From: Negaprion brevirostris
Taxonomy: Eukaryota
Direction of reading: 5' to 3'
NCBI GenBank assembly: GCA_030324005.1
Contig: JARDVH010000157.1
Span: forward strand, 19,372,903 to 19,436,902
DNA: 64,000 nt
The notes under the pieces were generated by a model. That model was not told the origin of the DNA. It made no database searches and worked only from the letters and a program-made list of their open reading frames with translations. Both the position numbers and the translations under genes were made by a program. Below, in pieces: positions 1-15,500 of this stretch (position 1 is the stretch's first letter; every line of letters starts with the position of its first letter).

Positions 1-396
1 GACACTGAAGGATGACAGGATCAGACTGGTTGTGTTGATTGCTCAGTGAATTAGTTTGCTCAGCTTACTGCCTAATTTCATGTGTGAATAATGATTCCTT
101 GGGTTAGGGCCCAGATCATTCCTGTTGACCATGGAGCCATGCTCCAGCATAACTAAACACAGTGGGGAAGGATTTTTTAAACAGCTATCACTCGACCATT
201 CAAAATTCCCTGGCTGACAGGGTAATATTGGTAACTGACAAGCGACCTCAGTCACGTTCCAGGTATTTCCTAGCGGACATGTGTGGATCACTTGCTTTAC
301 TTCTCAGGATCATCTCATGAGCCATTCCATGTTTAACATTTTAATATAGACTGATGGTTTCACAGTGTCGTAATCTGTATGTACCTCATTCTCCAG

Positions 397-549
397 GACT
401 GTCATGTTCTGACATTCAGCAATTCAGGATCAGTCTCCGATCACCTTGTTCTCCATCCACAACTCGCCACTGGTAACTTTATCATTAAAGCAGTGTGGCT
501 GCCAGGATCACAGACAGAGCTTGCAATTATAACAGCAGATTTTGTTAAG
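397..549 (+). CDS. UBR4: UBR4 exon w1 (DCHVLTFS...TADFVK)
   Basis: ctccag|GAC ... AAG|gtaagg; 153 nt, phase 0-0. Confidence 0.95.
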
Positions 550-3500
550 GTAAGGCTGGGGTAGCAGAGTAAAATCTTTTTGCTGCTCTGCATTTCTCTT
601 CCATCATCATGTTGTGCATCTCCATTTTGTAATGGAATGTATCTTGCTGAAAAGGCGTGTTCATTCCTATCTTGCATATGTTGGCCTTTGTTCTAGTGAC
701 TGGTGCCAAAGATGGAGAATAGAACTTTTCCTAATTGGGCCACCCTTTGTTGGCTTCAGGCACTCCTGGATCAAGCATAAAATGCATTCAGGTTGATCTG
801 TTTTCTGTGCACCCCACTGGCAGAAAAAGAGCCCTGACATGTCCCTGAATCCTTCTATGGTCTGCACAAACTTTCCTTATGTTGAATTCATGGAAAATTC
901 ATTTGCTGTAGACTATCCAAAAGCTGGGTTGTGACTCCTCAAACTCGTTTCTTTCAGGACTCTCGCAGCTTACAGTGAACGTATCTCCGCACTGTAATAG
1001 AACCAAGTTCCTGGAGTGGCAAGTGTACTAGTTGCTATGCCGTCTAGTACCCAAGGGGAGGAGGTTGAATATTTGTCACCCATTCTCATATTTCTGAGTG
1101 GCAGCATTGGACCAAAACTGTATTATTCTGCAAAGTAATAATTTACCATGATCTGAGACAAATGCAATATTAGGAACATATGGCATGTGGAAAAAAAAAA
1201 CATTCCATTAAATACTCGTCAAAACCCAAGTGTTGGCTCAGCTATCCTTAAATTGTGAAATATTGCAACACAAGCTGCTTCAGCTAAAACAAATGAAAAG
1301 TCAGGTGCATTTTGAAGTTCCTTCACCAGTTGTATCCTCACCTCTGCTCACAGGTTTATGACTTGTCCACTGATGCTTTGAGTCCGATGTACTATTTCCT
1401 TTTGCCGAGCTCAAAGATCCGCGACACAACGTTTTTGTTCAATGAGGAAGGGAAGAGTATCATTGTTATCATGTCTTCGGCTGGTTATATCTATACCCAA
1501 GTGATGGAAGAAGCAAGCAGTGCTCAGCACGGACCTTTCTACGTCACCAATGTGCTTGAAATCACACACGAGGATCTGAAGGTTTGTGGAGCATGTTTAA
1601 GTAGAGTTTTGTACAGTGTGTTCACTTTATGCAGGTATAACATTTTCTATCTTCTAGTTAGTGATGGCACCATGGAAGTCTTGTCCAATCGAACATCACT
1701 GTAACTGGAAAGTGATGAAACTCAGTTGCTAGAATGACTCGGCTAGGAATTAGAATTGGGTTGTCTGAGATAAGTAACTTAGGGCTGACAAGGAAAATAG
1801 CTTGCAGTCCTCACCTGGTCGCCTATGTGTGACTCCCAAGGCTACTAGAAATGAGCAGTAAATACTGTTTTACCATTCTCACCCACATCCTAACAAATTC
1901 TAATGCCCCCCAGTATTTTGGTTGCTAGGTTACTGATGCAGCTGTCATGAGCTTTGGCCTTAAAAACAAAAGTGAATTTATATGGTGCTTTTTATCACTT
2001 TGGAATGTTCCAAAGTNNNNNNNNNNCCTGTACAACTAATTAACCACCTTGTGAAGTGCAGCTGCTGTTGTAATGTGGGAAACATATAATATTGTCTGAC
2101 TTCACAAGCATCACAAACTTAGAATCATGTGTTGTATTTTCATAACCCAAATTAAAATATCAAACTTGGAAAAGGAAGGTGCTGATCATAAAGCTCTTCT
2201 AATAATCTTAGTACATATTGATAGCAGTGGCAATCAGTTATATTAAACAGCTATGTCCTGTTTAATGTAGAAATTATCTGGCGAGGCATCCTATTCTGAA
2301 CGTTCTTAGTTCATAGTTAGACAAGGATAGCTATCGCCTGAGAAACCTTTTGCTGCAGACGGTCCTTCAACCATTGAGCAAAAGTTCTAACCATAACTAA
2401 TGCTCCTCTTTTGTGTTGAGGATTGATCCATCAAGCTACCGAACCAAGCCCCTGCTTATCTTTGTTAGTGCCACATTGTTGAGCTACTTAGTCTGCAGAT
2501 TATTGTTTCCAATTAATCTGATGCACTAGTACACAAGGCCTTACAAACAGCACTTTTATAAGTAAATAAGACCAAAACATCGTTGTTGGAATACTGTCTT
2601 TTTATGGCAAAATGTGTAATATACACAAGTGCAAATAAATGTTTAGGTGCAACAGTGAACCTGTAGACAACTAAGAACATTTAAGATAGGTTAGGGAGAT
2701 GGTGATGGAAAAGAGGATCTAGGTGGGCTTGTTGGACCAAATGGCCATTTCTGTTTTAATTTCAACACAAGTATGTATAGTGGTGCTTAAGGTTACAGAA
2801 ATGTTTGTTTTCATTAACGGGTTTGCAGCAAAGGCCAACATTTGCCTTGTTGCCCTGAGAAGGTAGTGATTTAACAGGTTTGCTGTGTTACTTCAGAGGC
2901 AGATGAGAGTGAACAATATTGGTGTGGGACTGGAGTCACATCATCTAATAGCCACGTGTTCATTCTCACTGATATTACTTTTTATATTCCCAGATTTTTC
3001 AAACTTCAAACTGCCAAGGTGGGATTTAAATTAACTTTCTCTGTTTTCCTAGTCCTGGAACATAATCAGTCTGCTACCTGAAGCTGTTGTGATAGCAGCA
3101 CCTCAAGTGCAAATAAAAAATATATTGTGCATTAACTCATCATCAGATTGTTGTTTTCATTGCATTCTGTTCTATGTATACAGCTGAACATAGTTCTTTC
3201 TCCCATTCTTTCCAGGACAGCAATGGACAGGTTGCTGGTGGTGGTGTCTCTGTTTATTATTCCCATGTTCTGCAGATGCTGTTTTTTAGTTACAGCCAGG
3301 GCAAATCCTTTGCTGCCATGTTAAGTCGCACAACACTGGAAGTACAGCGCCTGTTCCCAATCAATCTGAAAAGGTAAGTGACACCTTGGGACTGTGCCTC
3401 AGGAGATGAGGGACAGATATTTCTTTTGTCAGCTTTGAGGAACTTGCTGTATCAGTTTTACATTTTACATTTTCTGAATAATGTGATTATGCTAATGATT

Positions 3501-6500
3501 AATTAGTCAAATACTAAGTGTCCCAGCAGAAATTGGTTTACAGAATGGTGGCAAAAAGCAAACTCAAGTCTGCCAGTGTCTGCACGGAGAACAGACAGGT
3601 TAAAGTTTCAGATACAGAATCTTGGCCAGAAATATCAACTTAGATGTTGTCTCCAGAGTTGTTTACAGCAATTGTATTTTGGACCATTGAGAATTAGTAC
3701 TGAGAGTGTCAGACAGTTTAAATCAACTCTACTTATTCATATCTCTCTCTCTCTCTCCTGTCTATCTTTGTCCTTTGCTTTTCTCTCTCTCCCTTCCTGC
3801 TTTCCCACGTTTTCCATTACCCCACTTTTCCTTACCCCTTTCTTACTTTCTTTCCCACTGCCCTCCTTTCCCATGATCTCCTCCCTGCTCTGCCCCCCCA
3901 TGGCCGCTACCTGCTCTCGCCTGCACCACCCCCCCCCGCCGNNNNNNNNNNNNNNNNNNNNNNNNNNNNNNNNNNNNNNNNNNNNNNNNNNNNNNNNNNN
4001 NNNNNNNNNNNNNNNNNNNNNNNNNNNNNNNNNNNNNNNNNCCGCTACCTGCTCTCTCCTGCACCACCCCCACCCTCCGTTTCCTGGTATCCGTCTGCTT
4101 CCATGATGGTTGCATCATTTTATTTATTAGTGTCGCAAGTAGGCTTACATTAACACTGCAATGAAGTTACTGTGAAAATCCCCTCATTGCCGCACTTGGA
4201 TACACTGAGGGAGAATTTAGCATGGCCAATGCACCTAACCAGCACATCTTTTAGACTGTGGGAGGAAACTGATGCACCCCAAGGAAACCCACTCTGACAC
4301 TGGGAGAACTGCTCTGGGCCCAACTCAGTCCCGCGGTGAGGGTCCTGCTGCCCAACATTAGCGTCAGGCCTGGGCTGCCCTTGGCTGGTGACCTCTGCGC
4401 TCGGCGGCTCCTCCATAGTGAGAGACCCAGAGCGGGTGGGGAGGAATAAAGCTTCCCCTGGGGAGATAGGGGGGCAGTAACAGGGGGACGGGAGCAGGAG
4501 ATTGAGAGAAATTCTCCGGGTGGTGGGAATCTGGAACTCTGTCTTAAAGGCTGCCAGAGAGAACTTGGGGTAAATGTCCATAANNNNNNNNNNCGCACAA
4601 GACAGCACGACACTATAATAGATAAGGTGGTTCAGGCAACATGATATTTGCCCTTTATTAACCAAAGCGTTGAATATAAGAGCTGGAAGATTGTGATGGA
4701 GCTGTCTAAGACACTGGTTAATCCACAGCTAAAACACTATGTGCAGTTCTGGTCACCACACTACAGGAAGGATGTGATTGTGCTGGAGAGGGTGCAGAGG
4801 AGATTCATCAGGATGTTGCCTGGATGGAACAATCCTTTAAGAAGAGAGACTGGTTAATCTGAGATTGTTTTTCTTGGAGCAGAGAAGACTGAGACTGGAA
4901 TGAGGTGTACGAGATTGAGAAGCACAGGTGGGAAGTAACTTTTCCCCTTGGTAAGGGACAGAAGATTTAAAGGATATTTAAGAAAGACTTTTTCATCCAG
5001 AGGTGTTGGGACTCTGTAAATCATGACCTGAAAGATTGATTGTGGTGGCAATGGTAAAAATCATTGTGGGATACAAGCCTATGGACCAAGTGCTGAAAAT
5101 GGAATTAGAATTATGGATAACACTGAATATGCAGACTCCACACAAACAGTGACTCAATCCAGGAATTGAACCTGGCGATGTGAGGCAGCAGTGCTAACCA
5201 CTGTGCCACTATCTTTTCAATCTGTGTTATTCACCAAATATGCTTCATATTTGTCTCCCTTTATTTTCCTCTCTGCAGTTCAAATGGTGGCAGTGGGAAA
5301 ACTGTTCCTGCCCTATGCCAGTGGTCAGAGGTGATGAACCATCCTGGCCTGGTCTGCTGTGTGCAACAGACCACTGGAATTCCACTTGTCATCATGGTCA
5401 AACCAGACACTTTCCTCATCCAGGAAATCAAAACTCTACCAGCCAAAGCCAAGGTCAGTCACCATCTCAGGGAACACAGACTTTTGACAAACTGATGCCT
5501 GAGATATGACTTCAACCCGTTAAGTGTTACTAATTGTAGATTTATTCTGAATCTATTTTTTGGATATATTCATATAATTCTCCATCAGCAAAATACACAA
5601 GCCTCTTATGCAATTTAGTGCAACTTATTTTCAGTTGGCTCAGTGTGACATAACAGTATCAGAACCAAGTCATCCTAAGAGAAATGTAATACCTAACCTG
5701 GGAATGAGAGACAGAACTGCAGATATTGCTATGTGTATTAATGAATTTGGACTGTTGAGCACCAAATCCAGACATAGCACTGCTCAACGATTACAATTTG
5801 TTCAATTCCTATACTGGCTTCAGATTCAGCTTTCTCATCTGCTTTCACTGCCTTACTGACCATTGGAACTGGTGACTCAGGGGAGTGGCTGACCTGAAGA
5901 TTGCAACTGCTGTTTTCACTGTTCAGACTGTAGTGAAGGAGGGATACCTCAGTCCCTCTAGAGCTGAGTAATTCAGTTGAACGTTGTCTGCTGATTTGCC
6001 TTCCCCAATCCTGTATTCTTTCCCTAAATTGAGAAGTAACAAAATAAAGTTAAAACAACAAATACTGGAAATACACAGCTGGAAAAAGGGAAGATAATAT
6101 TTCAGATGGGCCATTTCATCAATACTAACATAGGCAGATAGGAGAAACCTTTTTATATTTGCAAGGGTATTTTGGACTTGGAGGGAGTGCAGAGGAGGTT
6201 CACTAGGCTGGTACCGGAGATGAGGGGGTTGAGCTATGANNNNNNNNNNNNNNNNNNNNNNNNNNNNNNNNNNNNNNNNNNNNNNNNNNNNNNNNNNNNN
6301 NNNNNNNNNNNNNNNNNNNNNNNNNNNNNNNNNNNNNNNGATCTTATTGAATGGCGGGGCAGGCTCGAAGGGCTAGATGGCCTACTCCTGCTCCTATTTC
6401 TTATGTTCTTATGACTGCGTGAAAGGGGAGAATCATGATTAAAGGTCACAAGTGCAGAAATGCTAAGTTGTAAAGAGGAAACTGATCATATAATAGCTGG

Positions 6501-9500
6501 AAACAGAGTTTTCTGCACCCGTTTTCAGCTCCAATGGAGGATTACCAACTGAATTGTCAAATCAGTTCTTTCAGGATTTCTCTTGGTGATTCATTTTATT
6601 CGGTGAATGGCTGACCCATACAGAACAGGGAGGTATCAGGTTTAATTACTGCTGGGCTGTTTGAGTTTACTTGGTTTATACACAAGTTTACCTGGATTAG
6701 AGAGCGTGTAATCAACGCAAATTCCTAATCCTGATCACTGTCCACTGAGTGGCCATTGCTGAATGTCAAGAAGGGACAGATCGTGATTGTCTCAGATGCT
6801 CCTGTAATGAAGCAGATTGTTAGCATTCAGTGGGACTGGCATGTGAAAGTTAACAATTTACCAGAAGGCAACCGGTGCCCAGGTTCACATTTGGAGTGGA
6901 GACCTTGCATTTCTATGAAAAGGATATTATATGTACCAGTTGCCTCTTTTTGTAGTACTAGTTACGTCCATGCTTTGACCACTATTTGTGATTCTTCATT
7001 ACTTTGGACAGTCCTATAAAAAGGGTTCCTCTAGTTCAATTGCAAATAATTGATGCAAAGATAGAGAAAGCAAGGCATGAATTGCTTCAGGAGAGGTGGG
7101 AAAAATATAGAGTGATCTACTTTGTATTTTTTAATTTTACCAAATTTTCAGTATTCCAGTTTTAATGTGACTTCAAGTGCAGCCATTGTTCTGGACAGGT
7201 CGTTCAGCTGGTGGGTATATGAGCGTTGCCATCAGACAAAGAAATAAATATTGACATTCAAGCATAGTTACAGCTCTCGTGGGATATCTGTGTGTTACTT
7301 TGGAATGGATTGAAGACATTCTCTTAGGCGCACATTTCAGGGAGTGGACTGCGGAATCTTCACTATTCCCATTGTAGAGTGGGGGGGGTGGATCTCAAAT
7401 TTAGGAATTGCTAAATTGATTTCGAGGATCCAAGCAGGGTGATTTGTTATAAATGAAAGAAGATAAATTTGAATAATAACATTTACATTAGAATTAATAG
7501 TCATTTCCAGCAAGCACGCTTGGAGCATTCAACAGTAGAGAAATGGGAAAGATGAAAACAGTCAGATTAGCAAGTAAACAGAAGGCATTTGAAAGAGGTT
7601 TGTTTGTTCCTAGACTATGATATTCTTGTGTGCCCATCAACACCCTCCCAACACCTCTTTGTATTTTAGATCCAGGACATGGTTGCAATTCGTCACACAG
7701 CCAGCAATGACCAGCAAAGAACAACCATGATACTCTTGTGTGAGGATGGCAGCCTGCGAATCTACATGGCAAATGTCGAGAACACTTCCTATTGGCTACA
7801 GCCTTCGCTGCAGCCCAGCAGTGTCATCAGCATCTTGAAACCAGTCCGCAAGCGCAAAGCTGTGGCTGCCAGTAAGGTTCAACTCATAGAAATACCCTGC
7901 TTAGGTGAAAGGAGAAAGTAATAGTGAGAAAATATGAGTGTAGTGTATTTCGCATGGGAAATGTATCCTGGCTAAATCGTTCAATCTGTTCTCGAGCATA
8001 AAGTGAGGGGGCTGGTCCACTCTTCAGGACCTTTTAAAGTAATTCTTAGGGATTGAACTTTGCTTTTTTTGTGATGTTTTTACTGTTGAGTTACCAAGTC
8101 CAGTAATGTGTGAGAACAAAATTGATAAACACGGGTGAAAAATTGGAAATGCGCCTTTAGTTAATTATTGCGTCTGTCTACTGAAGCTATTTCCATCCCC
8201 TGTGCACTGCCGTCTTCAAATCCTCTCAGTCAGTTCTCCTTGTATCACCTGAGGCAAGTAAGGCGTAAGGCATGTTAAGAATTTTTCTAATCTCATTTCA
8301 AATGGATGGTGGTGCTGGGACTTAAGCTCCCATGACATTTAGCAGCTGCTTCCTGTAATAAGTCTTTGGAGGCAGAAGTCCCTTCATCAGAATTTCTTTA
8401 TTTACAATTCCAACAGCAGTACACAGAGTGCTATCCATCAGCGGTCTATCTTCGGGAATGCCAGAAGAGCTAACACTCCCAGTTAAATACAAGAAAAAAA
8501 CACCCTGATCGGCCCATCAATAGACTACTTAATCAGGGAGTTCATATTCCAATATGACTGAAGTCATTACACTTCCTTTCCAGTCTTCTGTATTCTTGAA
8601 ATTGGCTGTTATTGCATGCTATTGAGACCTTGTAATAAAAGACAGTGTTTATTTATTAGTCACAAGTACGCTTTCATTCACACTGCAGTGAAGTTAGTGA
8701 AAATCCTCTAGTTGCTACACTCTGGTGCCTGCAATATATTTGCAATATTTTATCCCATGATGTTTCCTCTTTACACACACACTTGCAACAGTCAGACTCC
8801 CTTTCAGATGCTAACTGTCAGAAATATACTGAAGGTCAATTAGTATCTGAAAGGGAGAGTTAGCATCATGTTTGAGGTCATCTCCTTCAACTGATGGATT
8901 CTCATTAGAACCAGACAGAATTATTTCATAAAATATGCATAAAAGTACTCCCGACAACATTAATCCCTTACAGCTAAGAATGTAATTTGTTTTGATTCAG
9001 AGATGCATATTTAGATATTTATAAACAAATACCAAACAATCCTACAAATCAGGTATATTTTGAAATGCATTTGCATTACTTATGAATTTTTGGCATTACA
9101 ATTATTGTTTCAGAATCCAACAATCTTAACAGCCTCCAGTGATCTGCAATTTGAGATAATTTTTGAACTGAATGCATTAATGTAGAGCCTATGCTTGGTA
9201 GTTTGAATTCTGAACAAAAAGTCCAGATAAAAGTGAAGTTTACTTTTTCTCAGTCGGAAACATTCATCGCATGTTAGAAGGTGCTCTTAGTAGCATCCTG
9301 AATAACTGACTAACTACTGATGGGCTTCTTTTCGTACCTCTGTTCACAGCAACCCGCACATCCAGTCAGGTAACCTTTCCAATTGATTTCTTTGAACACA
9401 ACCAGCAACTGACTGATGTTGAGTTTGGGGGGAACGATTTGCTCCAAGTGTACAACATGCAACAAATTAAACATCGACTGAACTCCACGGGCATGTATGT

Positions 9501-12500
9501 TGCCAGCACCAAGGTATGAGTCCATCAGCCAGCAAAAGCACCAACTTTTTTCAAAATATATTTTGCTCATTTTTGATCTGTTGCCAACTACTTGGCAAAC
9601 CTCATCCACCCTTCCAATATTTCCATGTTGCAGGAAGCATGAAAAGTGTAGACAGTGAATACTAGAAGGCACAGCACTTTGGTGACCAGTTGGTTCATCA
9701 GGCCTACAAAAGGGCTAATTAGTTTCACTCTCCTTTTCAAGTATATAACCAGTTCCCTATTGAAAGTTGCCATTAAATTTGGGTCGCGCTCCAGAACATC
9801 ATAACCAGCTGCGTAAAACAAAACAAAAATCTCCTCATTTTGCCTGTGGCAATTTGACAGTAGTATTAAATCTGTATTGTCTGGTTCCTTGCTCTTCTGC
9901 CAGTGGAAATAATTTCTTGATACATTCTTTGAATTTTCTTTTAGCAATATTTGGATTGATTGGTAAGGGAGAAAATTTGTGTGATTATCAACTACCAACG
10001 GAATGTAATGTGCAGATGCAGGCAGGTTTACTGAGGTTTGTAACATGTTGCGTATATTTGATGATAAATTGAAATGTTAATTTTACCAAGTATAATTGCA
10101 TCTGCAATTTTATTGCAATTTTGGACCTCTTTTCTAAAGGACGTTGTTCTCTGAGCCCATATCAATTCAAAGATGGGAAATCTGAGACTTAACATCTTTT
10201 TCTTTAAAGTTTTATTTATTAGTTACAAGTAGTCTTACATTAACACTGAAATGAAGTTACTGTGAAAATCCCCTAGCCGCCACACTCCGGTACCTGTCCG
10301 GCCACACTGAAGGAGAATTTAGCATGGTCAAATCACTCACCTAACCTGTACATCTTTGGACTGTGGTAGAAAACCGGACCACCTGGAGGAAACCCGTGCA
10401 GACACAGGGAGAATGTGCAAATTCCACAAAGACAGTGATCCAAGCTGGTAATTGAATGCAGGTCCCTGGTGCTGTGAGACAGCAATGCTAACCACTGTGC
10501 CGCCAATCTATGTTTCTTGTAGAAGGTAGAAAGAGGACCCCATACAGATTTTTAAATGTTAATTAAAAATTAAGGCAATGTAGATTGAATTAAGTTAGCT
10601 CCCAAAGCACAAGAACACAAGATTTGGAAATCTTAACCAGTATGGTCTTATCAAGACTGATGATTGGGAAATACCAAATGCCAAATTCACATTCTGGACA
10701 TTTCACTGATTGCTATCAGTGATGTGAGGAGATGATGTTTAAGGTTTCTTGCTGTGTAACTGGAGCTATTATTCACTTAGCAACTTGGATTGGACATATT
10801 GCAGTTGGTAATCTGAGAATAATAATTGTAGTTGACATGTATTGCTAGACATCTGTGTCCTTGCTATATTGCTTGCTGCAACCACTTTTTAATAAAAATC
10901 TTAAAAGTGCAACAGAAATACTGGGTTCTAATACACATGATGTCAACGGCAGCAGTTGTTGAGGATGTGATGAGATGAACTAAGTTTATCACAATATGCT
11001 TACTTATTGCAGCAGTTTCAATAGCTGAGTATCCAGAAAACTAAAGGTATCCAGAAAACTAAAGGCAACCTTCTTTTCATATAAGCATTTATGCACCTAC
11101 CATTTTGGCTCAGTCCATCTACTCAACTGCCACCTCAGGCAAAGTCTAGAGGGACCAAACATACATATACTAGTCTGAAATTTCCTTCCATCAACTGACT
11201 TGAGTTGCTGAGCTTTTTAGTCACTTCTCTCACATTTTATGGTTGTTTCCTTGTCTCTTCTCCATGTCTTATCATCTCAGTTGACTCACATGGCCTTCAC
11301 AGTACATGTCTCCCAGAAGGATCTGTGCTTTGTATTCTTGCAAAACTCTACTGGCTCATCACTCAGCAAATTAATTTTAAAAGTCCTTATCCTTGGTGAT
11401 TTTTTGCCAAATATTTGTGCAAACAATTCACGACTCCATTCTCGGTTTATTCCTTGTTCCACAGCCCCTGTATCTCATCATTATGGATATCTTTCACTCA
11501 TTGTACCTCAAACTTGTCTAAACATTGCCTTCCTGTTTTCAAAAGCTTCCTAAAAACTTTTCTCCTTGTTTTTCCAATGTCTGCAGTGAAGTGGACCAGG
11601 TTCCAATGTAGAGTAGCATATAACAGTAATAAGATTCTCATTTAGTTTATTGCTGTCATTTTAAATGTGTTTGCTGTGGGTTGGTATAAGAAGAATGGTT
11701 AATCCTCGGCTTGCATATCTTCCCCATTAGATGTCAATCTGTAACAGTGGACCAGAGGAAATTTAATAATTGGGCAATAGTCAGTAGATTTGCACTTGAT
11801 TTGATCTGCTTTGGTTGGTATTCAAATTCTCTACTTGGCTCTTTACAGCCAGGTGGATTTACAGTGGAAGGTGTCAACAACAATGCCACCATGGTAATGA
11901 CAGGGATGCGGATCCAGGTTGGGACACAGGCCATTGAGAGAGCACCATCATACATTGAGATTTTTGGCCGCACAATGCAACTGAACTTGACAAGAGCTCG
12001 TTGGTTTGATTACCCATTTACCCGCGAAGAAGCATTACAGGCTGATAAGAAACTAACTATTTTTGGTAAGTGTGAACTAGCCAGGAGAAATGCATGCAAT
12101 CCCAAATTTATAGAACATGTTGTCCTGTAGGAGTATCATAGCAATTTTTTTGCACTGACCAATCATGACCCTGTTGAGACAGGCCAGGGTTATGTATTTC
12201 TGTATTAATGTCCTGTAACTGTTGCATAATTGTTTAGCTCTCTGTCCCAGTTTTCTGAACTCAGCCTTGGAGTATGCAAGAAGTGTTAGGTATCTCTGCT
12301 GTTTGGGAATAAGTACATTGCTGTTCTCCCAGTCTAGACCTCTGGCAGAGATTTCGGACCAAACCACCTTTATTTCTTATGTGCTGGTGCATCTCTTTTG
12401 TTCTATTCAAGATCTCAATGTTATGTTTTCTCTTTTTTTTTCCCCTGGTCCTTGCAGTTGGTGCTTCAGTTGATCCAGCTGGGGTCACAATGGTAGATTC

Positions 12501-15500
12501 AATAAAAATCTATGGGAAAACCAAGGAGCAGTTTGGTTGGCCTGATGAACCTCCAGAGGATTTCCCATCGGCCTCAGTAAATAACGTCGCTGTTCCAAGT
12601 GTCAGCCAGAGTAACAGCACAGGAGAGGTGGACTCAGCCACTCCAACATCCACCAGCGGCTCTGTTCTCGAGAGGTAAGCACAAGCTGGAACTGCTTGAA
12701 GTTATGTGAACTGCTTACTAACTTCCTGCTCTTCAGTTGGTGAGGAACAAATGAAGAATGAAGTGCATAAAATTGACAGCATTGTAAATTAGATTCCATT
12801 GAATAATAAATGTTAAAGTACACTCTGCCCCAAGCTTTTGACTCCTAATGGAGAAAAATTGACAAGAATGATGATACAAAACAATTGTTTACATGAGAAA
12901 TGATCTTTTGTCCCTCTTGCAACATTTGTTCTGTAACCAAAATCTGGGCGTTTTGGAGTTTCTTCTTGCTGAACCATGTGTGGCTGTTGTGTGAAAAGCT
13001 TTTCATTACAGCATGATCTCAGATTGTGTCCTGAGCTTGCCGTTTCTGCACAGGTGGATTCATATGTTTCTCATGTTCCAAAATACAGTTGAATTGGAAA
13101 GTATTTAGATGTATAAAGATAACCATTTCTTCCTACTCCTTTCATTTTTTTCCTGTGTTGTGTTTACAACCCTGGGCACGTCTGTCCTAATCTCTGCCAT
13201 GAATGCTGTTTTTGAATTCCCTGTATCCATTCTTATGTATATATTGTGGCTATTACTCCAGATCAGAGCCCTTTTTTATGTTTTGCACCATTCTCTCTAT
13301 TTTTCTCTTTACCCCTTTCAGACTTGTCTATCCTGTTTTCTTCTCCATCCTGTCATGTCACTTTACATTTGCTCCCCTAATTGATAACTTTCTCTGCTTC
13401 CCTACTCTTTTGCCTCTGCTGCAGACTTGAATGTCTTGAATAAACATTCAGCTACTCCCTATGCCTCTCTTGGCATCCTCAGAAGGGCCATTGCAGACTT
13501 TGTGCAGGCAGCAATCCCAGCTGCCTCATCCTCTTAGAACAAAGATAATTACAGCACAGGAACAGACCCTTCGGCCTTCCAAGCCTGCACCGACCATGCT
13601 GCCAAACTCAGCTCGCAACCTACTCACCCAATATGTTGGTTGGGTACTAACTTCACCCACCCCTCTTTTCTGCTTGCCTATCCAGCACAGCCCCTTGAAT
13701 TCTGTTAACACATCAACAATTACCAAAAACCATCCCTTTTGAATGTTTGCATTTGATATTATACTTTTGAAATCTATTTCTACATCCAAGCTAAATTCTG
13801 CACCCTCTCATTTCCTTCTCTATATATAGTATGCTTTATCTGTACAGCGTGCAAGAAACTATACTTTTCACTGTATACTAATACATGTGACAGTAATAAA
13901 TCAAATCAAAAATTTGGTTTAGTATTGACATCATCTTGCCTTTCACCAAANNNNNNNNNNNNNNNNNNNNNNNNNNNNNNNNNNNNNNNNNNNNNNNNNN
14001 NNNNNNNNNNNNNNNNNNNNNNNNNNNNNNNNNNNNNNNNNNNNNNNNNNNNNNNNNNNNNNNNNNNNNNNNNNNNNNNNNNNNNNNNNNNNNNNNNNNN
14101 NNNNNNNNNNNNNNNNNNNNNNNNNNNNNNNNNNNNNNNNNNNNNNNNNNNNNNNNNNNNNNNNNNNNNNNNNNNNNNNNNNNNNNNNNNNNNNNNNNNN
14201 NNNNNNNNNNNNNNNNNNNNACATAAGCTTTTCTCCTGTTTTATACTCACTTAACCTTGTGGCCTCTTCACTTGATCACTTATAAGAATACGGTCAGAAA
14301 TGTTCTCGTATTCTTCACCTTACTCCCTTTCAATCCTCAGTACCTTCTGCACCTGCTTCTGTAAAATAAACTACCCAAAATTACAAATGCACTTACAAAG
14401 TCCCAGTTGCCTAGACTTAGGATTTCCATTTGCCATAATATTTCTGCAGCTGTCAATTTGCTCAGCCATTCCCTCAACTCTATCTTCTGATGCCCTTGTG
14501 CCCAGAAAGCTGCCTCATCCTGGTCCATCCTCTGGTATGGTCCCATCTTGGCTCCCAAGAGCCGAATTTGTGCATATCTGGTGGCTAACTGCATTAGCAA
14601 TCCATCCATCGAGCTAGACCACATCATGTGCAATTAGGTCTCTTTCATCTCCACCAAAACTGCTCATAATTCCTGGATCATCTTGGACAGCAAAGACAAT
14701 TAATGCTTATTTTCTACATGATCATACATCTGTTTAAGTCCCTGCCATGTATTCCTTTTACTCTCTCCTTCACTGTCATCTCCCATTAACTATCCTTCCT
14801 CTCTAGCCTTGAATCAGCATCTTTCCTTAGTCTCTCTCCTTTCTCCCCTCTCCAAACTCATCTTGTGCATGGGACCTACTTCCTTGATCTCATCATAGTA
14901 AACTGCTAATTACCCAACTGTTCTTCCTGCTTCCAGTGTTAGCCACCATTGTAATTGGTTCCTTTTCTGCTGGTATTGTTCCCTTCAAAACTGTCAACCC
15001 CTACAAGGCAGCCACTCTCAACTTCTTTGACTTTGCAAGCTACTGCTCCGTTTTCAGCCTCCCTTTTGATTCCTTAAATGTTCTATTGCCTCTCAAATCC
15101 GTGCCAGACTTTCCACACTCGAATCTCTCAACTCTGCAGTCCACAGCAACAAAACAGACCAAATCAAATTGACAAATAATCTCTATGACTGTCTATTTTA
15201 CATTCTTGATCTGCCTACAGTCATTGACATTGCTGACAACAGCAATCTCCTTGAATACCTCTCGACCCATGTCCTTTTAGTGTCCTCTGTTCACCTCCCC
15301 GACTTAGCTTCATTTATGACTAGCTTAACATTGCCAAAAGGTCTCCTACAAAGGTTGCTCTTTGCATTTTCTCAGTGTTTGCTCCAGTGTCCTCCAAGGA
15401 ATGATCATTGATTTTATCTACATGTTACCCCATCATTATATCATCCAACTGTNNNNNNNNNNNNNNNNNNNNNNNNNNNNNNNNNNNNNNNNNNNNNNNN

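Noticed and set aside
1711-1768. Possible C/D-box snoRNA (GTGATGA...CTGA)
   Set aside because: Too short, with no terminal stem and no recognisable rRNA guide.
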